Shown: in pieces, positions 36,844 to 48,958 of the stretch
How positions within the stretch are numbered: the first letter of the stretch is position 1
Layout: every line of letters begins with the position of its first letter
DNA from: Bdellovibrionales bacterium
GTDB lineage: Bacteria; Bdellovibrionota; Bdellovibrionia; Bdellovibrionales; UBA1609
Assembly (NCBI GenBank): GCA_965219095.1
Contig: CBDCMT010000001.1
Coordinates: 1,824,001 to 1,888,000 of the forward strand
DNA: 64,000 bases
Reading direction: 5' to 3'
Position numbers and translations under genes: made by a program
Notes under the pieces: model-generated
Database searches by the model: none
What the model saw: the letters and a program-made list of their open reading frames with translations, nothing else
What the model was told of the DNA's origin: nothing

Positions 36844-38261
36844 TAATACCATTTCCAAAAATTAATTCGACATTTTTTTAACTCATTGCGTCCTGGCTTT
36901 TTGATAAAACTCTGTTAAATTTTTAGAGTCATGTCGAAAAAAGATTTAGTTACACAGATTCAAGGGTATGATTTTCTGGCTACTTACAAAGTAGAAAGAA
37001 GTGCCAACATCAAGACAAAATTATTGGCTTTGCAGCATATGCAAGAAGGAAAATCGATTCAAGAAACAGCAGGTATGGTTTTGTATCACCGTCACAGTAT
37101 CAAATCCTGGTTACAGTCTTTTTTTGTAGACTTTGATTACGAGGGATTGATAGATCGAGAAGGCAGAGGACGCAAGCCTCGTTTGCCAGTAACAGAAGAA
37201 GAGAGGTTCAAAATCAAGTTGATGAAATTCAAGACAAAAGAGAGGGAGGAAGCATAGGAGCAAAGGAAATACAGAAACTTTTAGCAGATGAATTTGACTG
37301 TTGCTATTCTCTTTCTGGGGTTTATGTTTCTTTAGACCGCCTTAATATTGTATGGATCAGTGGTCGTTCTCTTCATCCTAAAAGTTCATTAAGAAGCTAT
37401 GGAACAGTTTAAGGAACATTTTCCAGAAGAGGTGGAGAAAATAAAAGAAAAGATTCAGACTCATAAAATAGAGATTTGGTGGCAGGATGAATGCAGAATA
37501 AGCTCAGCAAGGTTCTTTGAGCAGGATTTGGGCAAGAAAAGGCACACGGCCTAGAGTTGTGAGGCAAAGACAATTTTTATCCACTTATATTTTTGGAGCA
37601 GTTTGTCCGTATAAAGATAAAGGCTGTGCTTGGATTTTACCGGAATGTAATTCAGGGATGATGCAAATTCACTTAGATGAGATATCTAAAAATATTCAAG
37701 AAAACTATCATGGAATTGTTTTAATGGACAGAGCCAGTTGGCATACCACAGAGACTTTGATAGTTCCTAAGAATTTATCCCTGATGCCTTTACCTCCTTA
37801 TAGTCCAGAATTAAATCCCATGGAACAAGTCTGGCAACAATTACGAAGGATCAAATTATCGAATGCATGTTTTAAAAACTATGACCATATACTGAATACT
37901 TGTTGTGAGGCCTGGAATACTTTTTGCGATCAGGAGGGCAGGATTAAAAAATTATGCACTCGATCTTGGACAAAACAACAAGATGAATCAAGCTTGTAAA
38001 TTAATTTGAACCTATAAATTAAATTGTGTAACTGATTTTTTTCATTTTAAATTTTAACCTCACTTTTTTACACTTATTTTAACCCATCAATCGATTTACA
38101 CAACAAATAGATATACCTGAAATAAACTTATCTTATGAAAACTTAAACTCACCTTAAAAGAAGTTTTTTTAAAACCTCCTAACTGAAACTTTTCCTTAAG
38201 TCAATTTTAAAATTTTAAATTTGAACATGAAAATGTCGAATTAATTTCTGTAATTGGTATA
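36844..38261 (+). mobile_element. IS630-B copy with frameshifted transposase
   Basis: Same ends; ORFs 36931-37257 and 37517-37999. Confidence 0.92.
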
Positions 38262-38438
38262 AGGACCTTTTGCCTTTGGTCCCCCTGGGTTATTAGGCTT
38301 TTTGTTTTCCCATTCTTGAGCAGTTTTTTGATCGGGAATTTTTTTTTCGATTTTAAAGTTCTTAACCACAGAATATTCTTGATTTAACTCCTTTTCCCTT
38401 CTTTTAGGGTTGTTTGTAATTCCCCGTCTTTTTGGCAT
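38262..38438 (-). pseudogene. Small GIY-YIG-like protein interrupted by IS630-B
   Basis: MPKRRGITNNPKRREKEL...AQEWE...PGGP...GPY; continues YGYSHDY beyond the IS at about 36820-36843. Confidence 0.45.
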
Positions 38439-38689
38439 TTTGACCTCCTTAATTTAATTGCAAGCATTAGAACAACAGGCCTTATACCCCAGTTAAAATA
38501 TGATGCCGAAATTCTTATGTCAAGGAGAGCAATAGGAAATTTTAGGTAAGTATAGCTTTTAGCAATTACTAAGAATTTATTGCAAAGCATATTTTCAGCG
38601 TTGTACTGAAAACTTTTAGCCATTATGTGCGGCAGTTGTGAGATGTTTGTTTATATCAGCTAGCCCTTAGCCCTGAAAAAAGTCGAAAC

Positions 38690-38905
38690 TCGGGTTAATA
38701 TTTTTCTACACTCCTTAGGGTAATTCTGTTCTATGTCAATAAATTTTCTTCTCGCATGAGACCAACAAAAAGCAAGATCAATTCCCTTTTTACCCTCAAA
38801 GTGGCTTTTATAACTAAACGTATCCATCTGTTAAAATAGGCCACTTATAAGACCCCAAGAGTTCTTTAACAGAACAAGTTGAACGGCTCTTACTTAAAAT
38901 AAAAA
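38690..38905 (-). pseudogene. Fragment of a different IS66 transposase (TnpC)
   Basis: ILTDGY...LAFCWSHARRKFIDIE; followed by an IS3-like terminus at 38906-38931 (TGATCTTCCCCCAAAAAAGTGGACAG on the - strand). Confidence 0.7.
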
Positions 38906-39415
38906 CTGTCCACTTTTTTGGGGGAAGATCAATAACAAAGTTCATGACAATTATCTGATGCTAATTGTCATGAACTTTGTTATTGATCTTTGTATGGTGG
39001 AACACCTCTGATTGTAAGAAGTCTTGTTGGCTCGGGATTTACGGCTTTCACAAGCTCTCTTACTCCAATTGTAGCTATGACTATGGTGTCTGTTAAGGCA
39101 AAAACTATGAAATTGGCACGGATGGGAAAAGAACATTTAAGAGGTTAAACCAAGAAGACGATCTAAAATTATACTTTGAATAACCTTTTTGATAGATGTG
39201 GAAGAAATTTAGAAAAATAATCTACTCTTTATGGCATAGAATTTGCTAGTATAAGAGAATATGCTTCCAAAGTTAATAGACAACTCAAGATACTCTTTAA
39301 GTGCGATTATCGGACAAGTTTTTTCAAACTATAAATATCGAAGCAGTTGGAGTATTTTAAGGGAAATTCAAGCTTATATAGAAGATAAAAACCATGTTTT
39401 CAACAAGGGGCGTAA

Positions 39416-41005
39416 ATGAAGACTTCTAGAAATTTAATATCAATAGATAAAGCAGTTCAAGTGGCAAGCCGTTGGACAAAAAAAACCTTAACTCAATCTA
39501 ACATTTCCTACCTTGTGCAATATGGGAGACTAGAAAAACATAAAATTAATGGACAAACGCTTATTAGTCAAAATGAACTAGAAAAGTATTATAAAGAAAT
39601 GTCCTTCTCTAAAGAGACAGAATGGAAGCAGAAATTAGGAAGTGATTTAAACTGGTCGCTTTCATTTTCTAATTATCGGGAAAAAGAAACAACAAAACAC
39701 GTCCATAGATTGCACCCTTATAAAGGAAAATTTATCCCCCAGCTCGTGGAGTATTTTTTAGATTCAAAGGTGGATTCGTTTAAAAAGAAACCTTACTTTA
39801 AAAAGGGAGACATTGTTATTGATCCATTTTGTGGAAGTGGAACAACTCTAGTTCAAGCAAACGAACTAGGAATAAATTGCTTAGGAATTGACATTTCTAT
39901 TTTTAATACGCTTATTAGCAATATTAAATGTCAACCACATAATATTCAATTAGTGCAAGAAACATTAAATAATTTAACAAAAAATTTAGATAACTTTAGT
40001 CGAAATAAAATGGTTAGAGGGTTTTCAAATGAACTTTCAAGATTCTTATTGAAGTTTAACCAAAAATACTTCCCGTCTCCTCAATTTAAAAGAGATGTGC
40101 TTGCGAAAAAAATAAATGATAAAATCTATGGAGAAGAAAAGGCTAAAATTTTTCTACAGACGTTTAAAAGAATTTTAAATAAATATAATGTTCAATTAGA
40201 TCAAAATAAAGAAGGAGGTGACTTTCTTGATACTTGGTTTTTACTTCCTATTCGAAAGGAAATTGACTTTATGTCATCTCAGTTAGAATCAATAAGAGAT
40301 GATAGCATTCGACAACTGATCATGATTATTTTAAGTCGGACCATTCGATCTTGTAGAGCTACTACTCATTCCGATTTGGGCACTCTTAAAAAAGCTATTA
40401 ACAAGCCCTATTATTGTAAAAAACATGGAAAAATTTGCAACCCTATATTATCTATCTCTAAGAGGTGGAATCAATATTGTAAAGATACGATAAGCCGCTT
40501 AGAAGAGTTTAGTCAATTAAGAACAAAAACTCAACAATTGGCCATTACTGGAGATAGCAGAACAGTTGATATACTAAAAAGACTTAAAAAACAAGATTTT
40601 TCATTTTATAAATTATTAAAAAATAAAAAAATAAAAGGAATTTTTACAAGCCCTCCTTATGTTGGCCTTATTGATTACCATGAGCAACACGCCTATTCAT
40701 ACGATTTATTTGGACTTGAGAGAAAAGATGATCTTGAAATTGGGCCTTTATTTAAAGGACAAGGAAGAGATGCAAAAAACTCTTATGCTGATAGTATTTC
40801 AAAGGTTCTTCTAAACTGTAAAAAGTTTATGCAAGATGATTTTGATATACTTCTAGTTGCAAACGATAAGTATAACCTTTATCCAGAGATTGCTGAAAAA
40901 GCTAAGCTAAAAATTACTCAGAAATATAAGAGACCTGTCTTGAATCGTATTGAAAAAGATCGTTCAGCTTATAGTGAATATATTTTTCATATGAAGAGTA
41001 TATAA
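39416..41005 (+). CDS. Type II DNA methyltransferase (amino-MTase, probably m4C) with an N-terminal HTH-like extension
   Basis: HPYKGKFIPQL, DPFCGSGTT (SAM-binding), FTSPPY (catalytic). Confidence 0.9.
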   Translation: MKTSRNLISIDKAVQVASRWTKKTLTQSNISYLVQYGRLEKHKINGQTLISQNELEKYYKEMSFSKETEWKQKLGSDLNWSLSFSNYREKETTKHVHRLHPYKGKFIPQLVEYFLDSKVDSFKKKPYFKKGDIVIDPFCGSGTTLVQANELGINCLGIDISIFNTLISNIKCQPHNIQLVQETLNNLTKNLDNFSRNKMVRGFSNELSRFLLKFNQKYFPSPQFKRDVLAKKINDKIYGEEKAKIFLQTFKRILNKYNVQLDQNKEGGDFLDTWFLLPIRKEIDFMSSQLESIRDDSIRQLIMIILSRTIRSCRATTHSDLGTLKKAINKPYYCKKHGKICNPILSISKRWNQYCKDTISRLEEFSQLRTKTQQLAITGDSRTVDILKRLKKQDFSFYKLLKNKKIKGIFTSPPYVGLIDYHEQHAYSYDLFGLERKDDLEIGPLFKGQGRDAKNSYADSISKVLLNCKKFMQDDFDILLVANDKYNLYPEIAEKAKLKITQKYKRPVLNRIEKDRSAYSEYIFHMKSI

Positions 41006-41027
41006 TTAATAAGGAAAGGATTAAAAA

Positions 41028-41810
41028 ATGTCTTTAACAATACTACAAAAAAAGGAAATTAAAGAGTTTATTTCTAGAAAAATAGAGGATAAATTAAAAA
41101 AATATGGTAGAGAAACACAATCTATGCCTTTTCTCGCAAGACTTATTCAAGATAATGAAAAAATTGCCGCCTATTCCTTTATTCACTCTATGTCAACAAC
41201 CTTAGGAATGTCCATATATGAGGAAGTTTCTGTTATTATAGCAAAGCCTCATTTTGACGAGTGTTATAGAAATTATGGAGTTGGTGGCATTCTCTCTCCC
41301 AATCAAAAAACTGTTATAGGAGATATTACACGACAGCTTAGAAATAAAAAGAGAAAGCCAGATATGAAAAAAGAAATACAAGAAGTTTTAAATGCTTCTA
41401 GAGTCAATGGATCCTATCAAAAAGATGGTGAAATAGCTGATTTTTTTATGCGAAAAAAAGACAAAGAATATTACTTTGAAATTAAAACTGTTAAACCCAA
41501 TATAGATGTATTTAGTAAGAGTAAAACCAAACTATTAGAATGGGTGGCAAGAAGAAGGAAGAGAATTTATCCATACTTAGCATTTCCGTATAATCCCTAT
41601 TACCCCAAACCCTATAATAGGTTTACTGAGGTAAATCTTGTAAAAATGAATAAAGATTTTCTTGTAGCAGAAAAGTATTGGGATTTTTTAGGAGGGAAAA
41701 ATACTTTTACAGAACTATTGAGTATATTTGATAAAGTTGGAAAATCTTATAAAGAAAAATTAATTCAAAAATTCAAAAAAATTGCGAAAGAAAAGATAGA
41801 TTCTTATTGA
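41028..41810 (+). CDS. Type II restriction endonuclease, TdeIII/MjaII-like family
   Basis: MPF..RL, SMSTTLGMSIYE, ADFF...FEIKTVKPN, AFPYNPY, YWDFLGG; directly follows the MTase. Confidence 0.8.
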   Translation: MSLTILQKKEIKEFISRKIEDKLKKYGRETQSMPFLARLIQDNEKIAAYSFIHSMSTTLGMSIYEEVSVIIAKPHFDECYRNYGVGGILSPNQKTVIGDITRQLRNKKRKPDMKKEIQEVLNASRVNGSYQKDGEIADFFMRKKDKEYYFEIKTVKPNIDVFSKSKTKLLEWVARRRKRIYPYLAFPYNPYYPKPYNRFTEVNLVKMNKDFLVAEKYWDFLGGKNTFTELLSIFDKVGKSYKEKLIQKFKKIAKEKIDSY

Positions 41811-41980
41811 TATTTTTGTACACTTTAATTTCTTGATTCTCTCTTAAATTCAATTTAAATTTAAATTTGATGAGTTTTTTATAATTAGTACTACTTTGGC
41901 AGGTAAATTAAGTTGTGCTATAATAGGCTCAAAGATACCTAAGGAGGGGTTGAGTATGAGATATTCAGAGTTAAAAAAAT

Positions 41981-42028
41981 GCCTCCTCAAAAGAACCTCC
42001 GGGAACCCACAGATTCTTTTGAGGAGGC
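41981..42028. mobile_element. 48-bp ISL3 right-end micro-element
   Basis: One mismatch to 11007-11054; 15-bp perfect terminal IR. Confidence 0.85.
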
Positions 42029-42081
42029 AAGAATTCCTTGGTTTCTTCTTTTTTTGAATCATAATCAATAGAAAGAGCATA

Positions 42082-43224
42082 TATAGTGCTTCCGCTTAGG
42101 TTTTCAGTTTTTTTTGAGTTGAGGTCTAGTTTTTATTCTAAGGCCTTGATAAAAAGTCATTTATTTTTAAAAATAGTTTCATATGTCAGGGTTTCTATCA
42201 AAAAAAGAGCGAGAAGATTTACTCTATGAACTATCTCTAGAAAAAAATCTTAAATACGCAAAAAGGATTATGACAATCCTCCATTTAGATAAAGGTAAGT
42301 TGTGTAAAGATATTTCCCGTTTTCTTTTCATTGATGAGGGCACGATAAGAGCCTGTAGAGATCGTTATAACAAAGGTGGAATAGAGTGTTTAATCAACGA
42401 CAATTACAGTTCTAAAAGGTCCTTTTTAACTAAAGAAAGAGGAGAAAATGCTTTGTAAGGAATTAGAGAAAAGAATTTTTCCATCATCACAGTCTGTCAT
42501 CCAGTTCATTGAGGAGAATTTTGGTGTTACGTACTTTAACAAGTGGTGTGATTGATCTTCTCCATCGCCTTAAGTTTTCTTATAAAAAAGCTACAGCAAT
42601 ACCAGGTAAGGCAAAGAGAGAAGAGCAGGAAAAGTTTGTGCGTAAATACAAGAGAATTAAGAAGAAAGACGGTCCTGTTTACTTTGCTGATTCCACACAT
42701 CCTGAGTGGGGCCCTACAATTTCATATGGTTGGATAAGAGAGGGTAAGAAGTTTGAAGTGAAGACCAATTCAGGCTGGAGAAAAAGAGTGAATGTTTGTG
42801 GAGCTATTGAGATCAATAGTTTAAAGACGGTAGTCAGGAGTTATAAGACAGTCAACGAAGTTTTCCTATGTGATAGGCTCCATCATCTTCATTAAGAAGC
42901 ATCCCGATGAAAAAGAGATTCATCTTATCTTAGATGGGGCCGGATACAATAGATCGAAGTCTGTCAAGAAGTTAGCGAAAGAGTTGAATATAAAACTTGT
43001 TTATCTTCCTCCGTACTCACCGAATTTAAATCCTATAGAAAGGCTTTGGAAGTTTATGAAAAAAGAGGTCACGGCGAATCGATATTATGAAAACTATGAC
43101 GATTTCAAGGGAAGTTTAAGTCAATTTTTTAGAGGAATACGAAAACACAGGCCTAAATTAGAAACTTTGATAACTGATAACTTCTCTATCTTAGGAAACT
43201 GAAAACCTAAACGGAAACACTATA
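42082..43224 (+). mobile_element. IS630-family element A, frameshifted transposase
   Basis: IR tatagtgcttccgcttaggttttcag and ctgaaaacctaaacggaaacactata; ORFs 42183-42458, 42509-42895 and 42870-43202. Confidence 0.92.
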
Positions 43225-43738
43225 TATCTCTTATTTTTTGATAAAATCTTTTTTCACTAGAACGAATGTCACGAATCCGCTCCATAAGCTCGTCGAAATA
43301 ATTAACTCCAAGGCTGTAACCGGACTTTAATCTCTCATCATTCATAGTAAAGCCTTTAACTAGATATTCATTCAATCTCTCTGTGGCCCAACGGCGAAAT
43401 CGAGTTCCTGCGGAAGATTTGACTCTATATCCGACAGCGAGAATAACCTCTAAATTGTAGTAATCAATGGCTCTTTCTATATTTCTTGACCCTTCGCGGC
43501 GAACTGTAAAGTATTTCTTTACAGTTGCCTCTCTGCTCAACTCTTCTTCATTAAAAATATTTTGAATATGAAAGCGAATGTTTTGCTTTGTCGTTTGAAA
43601 TAACTTTGCCATCAGTTTTTGAGATAGCCAAACTGTTCCTTCTTCAAGTCTAACTTGTATATGGTTTTCTCCGTCTTCTGACTGATAGATCAAAATTTCT
43701 GAGTTTGTTGACTGAGGGGGCGTCTTTTTTTTTGCCAT
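43220..43738 (-). pseudogene. RhuM-family protein, truncated (duplicate)
   Basis: Identical protein to 32104-32622. Confidence 0.85.
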
Positions 43739-44194
43739 ATTTTAAATTCCTAACTGCAATTCACTAGTGCAACATTTTCTCTCATCATAACCGCATAAGG
43801 TGTTAACCAGTCAAGACATTTCATGGGCCTATTGTTAATTTCAAATTAGTGCCTCATAATGAGACGGAAAAACTCTTTATATACTAACCGTGTTTCAAAA
43901 ACTCTTTTTCTAGCAAGATAAAAAGGGGGTTTTTAAAGTGTGGTAAGTATATTTCAACAAATTAAAAATAATTGGAAAAAAGTTTAAAAGATTAGGTTAT
44001 TTTAAGTGAGCCAGATTATATTTTTAAATTTTGAAGCAATACCTAAGTTTTCAACTTAGAACTCAAGAACAGAAGCTTCTGAAAAATATATAAAAGTCAA
44101 AACTCGGATTAGTAAGCTCCTTTTTGTGAGCTTACTTCTTAGATGAGTTTAACTCTTCTAATCAGAGTTTTTAAGTCCCAGCCTTTCAAAAAGG

Positions 44195-44398
44195 ATGGTC
44201 ATCCATGTAAGCATAAAATCAAGGCTTACTGGAGTCATTTTGCCTCTGGTTTCGGTGATTGGACTGGTGGTAGCCACCTTTAGCTTTATTACAGGAAACC
44301 CTAACGCAAAACAGCACATAATCTATGCCCTCGTGGGAACCGTCATAAGCTTTGGTGCTTCGTCTATCATTGATTTTATTAGGTTTACGGTATATTAA
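44195..44398 (+). pseudogene. TrbC/VirB2-like pilin fragment (duplicate)
   Basis: Identical to 33079-33282. Confidence 0.55.
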
Positions 44399-44507
44399 TT
44401 TCATAATTCGGATTTCAGGCTAGTATGACTTCAATCACATTAGCCATGTTGGTAAAAATTAAAAAAGTATCTTTTAAAATAAAAAGGGAAAGTATAAGGT
44501 ATTATTA

Positions 44508-45419
44508 ATGGCTAAAAATTCCATGAAAAAAAACTCCCCTACTCTTGATTTTGCAGTGGATCCGTTGAGCGAAACAATAGCTTATGAAACTTTGCTTAGT
44601 CTAAGAGATGTGACAGAAAAAACACTTGAAAAAGAGTTTCCCTCTGATAGTTTTCTGGAACAAGAAACTCTTTTACAAATCCTAGAATTAAAAAAAGAAT
44701 CAAGGCGAGAAGAAATCAAAAAGAATTATTCTGAGGTTAAAAAATTTGTAAGTGCAAAATGGAATGATTTTTCTGTTTGTATAAAAGATAACTTTCATTT
44801 TCCAAATGATTTAAAAAATCATGATTCTTTAAAGCTTTTCTATTATAAAGGCAATATAAGTCTTCTTGAAAGTCGTTGTATATCAATTATTGGTACAAGA
44901 GAGGCAACGTCAGATGGACTCAAAAGAGCAGAAAAGCTAACTAAGATTCTTGTCAATAAAAATTTTACAGTTGTTTCTGGACTTGCTAAAGGGATTGATA
45001 CAAAAGCTCTTCAAACTGCTATTAACCTTAACGGAAGGGTAATTGCTGTGATTGGGACACCTATTGACAAGTTTTATCCAAAGGAAAACAAGGAACTGCA
45101 AGAACTTATTGCCAAGAATCATCTTTTAATCAGCAAGGTTCCTCTTTTTAGATACAAAAAAGAAAATTTTTCTTCACATAAATTTCATTTTCCTAGAAGA
45201 AATATCATTATGTCAGCTATTTCAGAAGCCTCTATCATTGTAGAAGCTTCTGAAACGAGTGGAACACACTCTCAAGCAAGAGCAGCTCTCAAACAAGGGA
45301 AAAAGTTATTTATACTTGATTCTTGTTTCAAAAAATATAAATGGCCATTTATTCTCGAGCAAAAAGGGGCCATTAGAGTTAGACAAGAAGAAGATATATT
45401 GAGGCACATAAAGGAATAA
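44508..45419 (+). CDS. DprA/Smf family protein, ShosA-like (copy 2)
   Basis: 5 aa differences from 1108-2019. Confidence 0.9.
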   Translation: MAKNSMKKNSPTLDFAVDPLSETIAYETLLSLRDVTEKTLEKEFPSDSFLEQETLLQILELKKESRREEIKKNYSEVKKFVSAKWNDFSVCIKDNFHFPNDLKNHDSLKLFYYKGNISLLESRCISIIGTREATSDGLKRAEKLTKILVNKNFTVVSGLAKGIDTKALQTAINLNGRVIAVIGTPIDKFYPKENKELQELIAKNHLLISKVPLFRYKKENFSSHKFHFPRRNIIMSAISEASIIVEASETSGTHSQARAALKQGKKLFILDSCFKKYKWPFILEQKGAIRVRQEEDILRHIKE

Positions 45420-45424
45420 ACCTA

Positions 45425-46084
45425 GTGTCAAACTACAAGTGGCAAAAAATAAGAACTGGTTCAAACACAATGGATGATCTTATAAATATAAGAACTTTCA
45501 GACATATTGATCCTGACGATAATTGCTTTCATTTAATGGAGTGGATAAAGGGAGGAAGTTACAAGGATTCAGAGGCTAATAGTCGCATACTTAATTTTAA
45601 AAACCCACCGAAAGCACAAGGCTCAAATCTTCGTTATTATAAGGATAAGGCTATTAAACAATTTGCTAAGGACTTATACTGTCCTATAGAAAGTATTATT
45701 AAAAAGTATCAAGAAGAATCTATTTGTGTATCTTTTATACCATCTTCAGTATCAAGTAGTGATGGAGAATATGATGATAGATTTGAAAAAATTTGCGCTC
45801 TGCTTTGCAAAAAATTTTCAAAAATCCATTGCGAACAAGCTATTCGAGTAACAGAATCTCGAAACAAGTCAGCTCAAGGTGGAAAGCCTAGAGATGATGA
45901 ATATGTAGAAAAAATAAAACAAAGCTTTACATGGGATGGCTTCAGCCATACCCCAAGTGCTATTATCATTTTTGATGATGTTATAACAACAGGTTTACAG
46001 TTCAAAGCATATAAAAAGCTTATTAGAGAAAACTTAAACAATGATCCAATAATAATAGGTTTATTTTGGGCCAAAGCCGTTTAA
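45425..46084 (+). CDS. PRTase-fold protein, ShosT-like (copy 2, 8 aa shorter)
   Basis: DDVITTGLQF; GAA>TAA at 46082-46084. Confidence 0.75.
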   Translation: MSNYKWQKIRTGSNTMDDLINIRTFRHIDPDDNCFHLMEWIKGGSYKDSEANSRILNFKNPPKAQGSNLRYYKDKAIKQFAKDLYCPIESIIKKYQEESICVSFIPSSVSSSDGEYDDRFEKICALLCKKFSKIHCEQAIRVTESRNKSAQGGKPRDDEYVEKIKQSFTWDGFSHTPSAIIIFDDVITTGLQFKAYKKLIRENLNNDPIIIGLFWAKAV

Positions 46085-46212
46085 GCTATACCGACCCCTA
46101 ATTTGTGATAGTTGCGACTTGACAATTTAGACAGTTGGTTAACAACACTCCAAGAACCCCAACACCTAAGATCAATAATTGCACTTCCTTATAATTTTTA
46201 CAAAAAATCAAA

Positions 46213-46533
46213 CTATAAAAGAATTAAAAGTTTAAATCTTAAATTGACAAAAGAATCCATTAAAAAATGATATGAATAAAACTTTACTAAATTTTCTAAA
46301 TCATGGTCTGTTTTGGTTTCTAAGTTCTTAAAAGACCTTGAAGTCATTTCTCTTTCTGAAAGAAAGATCAAATGAATTAAAAGATCAAAAAGAGGTACTT
46401 CTTCTTTTTTGGAATTTGTGCAGTCCTCTTTCAGAGCTAGTATGAGCTCACACACCTTTGGACAAAGACCCTCCTCCAAAGATTCTAAGCCCTTCTTTAA
46501 GGCTTTATTGATTTCAAAATTGTAAATCATCAT
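46213..46533 (-). CDS. Hypothetical protein
   Basis: 106-aa ORF with AAAGGAG RBS; its 3' end also survives at about 2813-2856. Confidence 0.5.
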   Translation of the reverse strand: MMIYNFEINKALKKGLESLEEGLCPKVCELILALKEDCTNSKKEEVPLFDLLIHLIFLSEREMTSRSFKNLETKTDHDLENLVKFYSYHFLMDSFVNLRFKLLILL

Positions 46534-46729
46534 AATTTATTTCTCCTTTCTGGTTAAAATTTGGACTTAAAACTATAGAGTAGGGCTTTATTTTGAAGCC
46601 TAATGGCTATCAAAAGCTTTAAGGCTGTGATATTAGGTAGAATTAGGCATGCTGTACCTCCCCGAGTTAGGTATGGTTTTTGCTTAGAGGCTGGAAGGTG
46701 TTTTAGGCACTTTCCAGACTCGCTTTTTT

Positions 46730-47430
46730 CTAATCAAACTCGGGTTTCAAAGAAAGTCCACTTTTTTTATAATTTGACTCGGAGAGTTTGATTAGAAAAA
46801 GCTTCTTAAAGCTCTTCTTTTGCAAATTTTTACTTTCTTCTAGCCTTCTTTGAGCTATAGAAAAATAAGCCTTATCCTGCTCTATACCTGTAAAAGAAAA
46901 GTTTTTTTCTAAACAAGCTACCCCCGTTGTACCACTTCCCATAAACGGATCAAGAACCCTCCCACCAGGAGGTGTGATCATCTCACAAAGGTATCTCATA
47001 AGTTTTAAGGGCTTCACTGTAGAATGAGTGTTAAAAGAAAACCTCTCTTTCCTAGAAGCTCTTGAAGCATAGTAAAAAGGAGCTTCAAAAGCTTTTATAG
47101 AGCTTGAAACTCCACCTTGCTTTTCTAAAACCTGACTGGGACAATTTTCTAAAGACTTTGTTATGAGAAAATTATTAGGGTATTTTCTTCTACTTCCAAA
47201 CCTTGAAGCCTCAACATTCAAGCCTCCTGTCCTATACTTCAAAACATTTTGAGCTACATTTTGCTCTGAAATAGGTTTTTGAATTAAAATCCAATGCTCG
47301 CTTGCTGGCTTTAAAGCAGTCCTCCAATCAATCCACTCCATAGCTTTGGGGTCTGTAGAAACTGTCACTTTTCCGTACTTTCTTTTCTTATCTTTTCCTA
47401 AACTCCATGCTGGAGACTGGTGAAAGCCTA
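46730..47430 (-). pseudogene. DNA amino-methyltransferase (beta class) C-terminal part, cut by IS630-B
   Basis: TALKPASEHWIL, HSTVKPLKLMRYL, VLDPFMGSGTTGVA. Confidence 0.85.
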
Positions 47431-48846
47431 TAATACCATTTCCAAAAATTAATTCGACATTTTTTTAACTCATTGCGTCCTGGCTTTTTGATAAAACTCT
47501 GTTAAATTTTTAGAGTGTCGAAAAAAGATTTAGTTACACAGATTCAAGGGTATAATTTTCTAGCTACTTACAAAGTAGAAAGAAGTGCCAACATCAAGAC
47601 AAAATTATTGGCTTTGCAGCATATGCAAGAAGGAAAATCGATTCAAGAAACAGCAGGTATGGTTTTGTATCACCGTCACAGTATCAAATCCTGGTTACAG
47701 TCTTTTTTTGTAGACTTTGATTACGAGGGATTGATAGATCGAGAAGGCAGAGGACGCAAGCCTCGTTTGCCAGTAACAGAAGAAGAGAGGTTCAAAATCA
47801 AGTTAGATGAAATTCAAGACAAAAGAGAGGGAGGAAGCATAGGAGCAAAGGGAATACAGAAACTTTTAGCAGATGAATTTAACTGTTGCTATTCTCTTTC
47901 TGGGGTTTATGTTTCTTTAGACCGCCTTAATATTGTATGGATCAGTGGTCGTTCTCTTCATCCTAAAAGTTCATTAAGAAGCTATGGAACAGTTTAAGGA
48001 ACATTTTCCAGAAGAGGTGGAGAAAATAAAAGAAAAGATTCAGACTCATAAAATAGAGATTTGGTGGCAGGATGAATGCAGAATAAGCTCAGCAAGGTTC
48101 TTTGAGCAGGATTTGGGCAAGAAAAGGCACACGGCCTAGAGTGGTGAGACAAAGACAATTTTTATCCACTTATATTTTTGGAGCAGTTTGTCCGGATAGA
48201 GATAAAGGCTGTGCTTGGATTTTACCGGAATGTAATTCAGGGATGATGCAAATTCACTTAGATGAGATATCTAAAAATATTCAAGAAAACTATCATGGAA
48301 TTGTTTTAATGGACAGAGCCAGTTGGCATACCACAGAGACTTTGATAGTTCCTAAGAATTTATCCCTGATGCCTTTACCTCCTTATAGTCCAGAATTAAA
48401 TCCCATGGAACAAGTCTGGCAACAATTACGAAGGATCAAATTATCGAATGCATGTTTTAAAAACTATGACCATATAGTGAATACTTGTTGTGAGGCCTGG
48501 AATACTTTTTGCGATCAGGAGGGCAGGATTAAAAAATTATGCACTCGATCTTGGACAAAACAACAAGATGAATCAAGCTTGTAAATTAATTTGAACCTAT
48601 AAATTAAATTGTGTAACTGATTTTTGTCATTTTAAATTTTACCCTCACTTTTTTACACTTATTTTAACCCATCAATCGATTCACACAACAAATAGATATA
48701 CCTGAAATAAACTTATCTTATGAAAACTTAACCTCCCCTCAAAAGAAGTTTTTTTAAAACCTCCTAACTGAAACTTTTCCTTAAGTCAATTTTAAAATTT
48801 TAAATTTGAACATAAAAATGTCGAATTAATTTCTGTAATTGGTATA
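47431..48846 (+). mobile_element. IS630-B copy with frameshifted transposase
   Basis: Same ends; ORFs 47515-47997 and 48102-48584. Confidence 0.92.
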
Positions 48847-48958
48847 ATAGCATTCCCTTGTGATCCTAATAAAAAGTTCCTTCCCATACGAGAATCTATT
48901 TTCATATGACCAATGATTGCCTCAACTGAACTTCTTCTTCTGTGAAGTTTTCTCCTGA
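48847..48958 (-). pseudogene. IS5-family transposase C-terminal fragment
   Basis: RRKLHRRRSSVEAIIGHMKIDSRMGRNFLLG. Confidence 0.7.

Noticed and set aside
46722..46802. ~19-bp inverted repeat (ttttctaatcaaactc / gagtttgattagaaaa)
   Set aside because: Real, but single and without assignable context; may be a remnant of another leader hairpin or a terminator.
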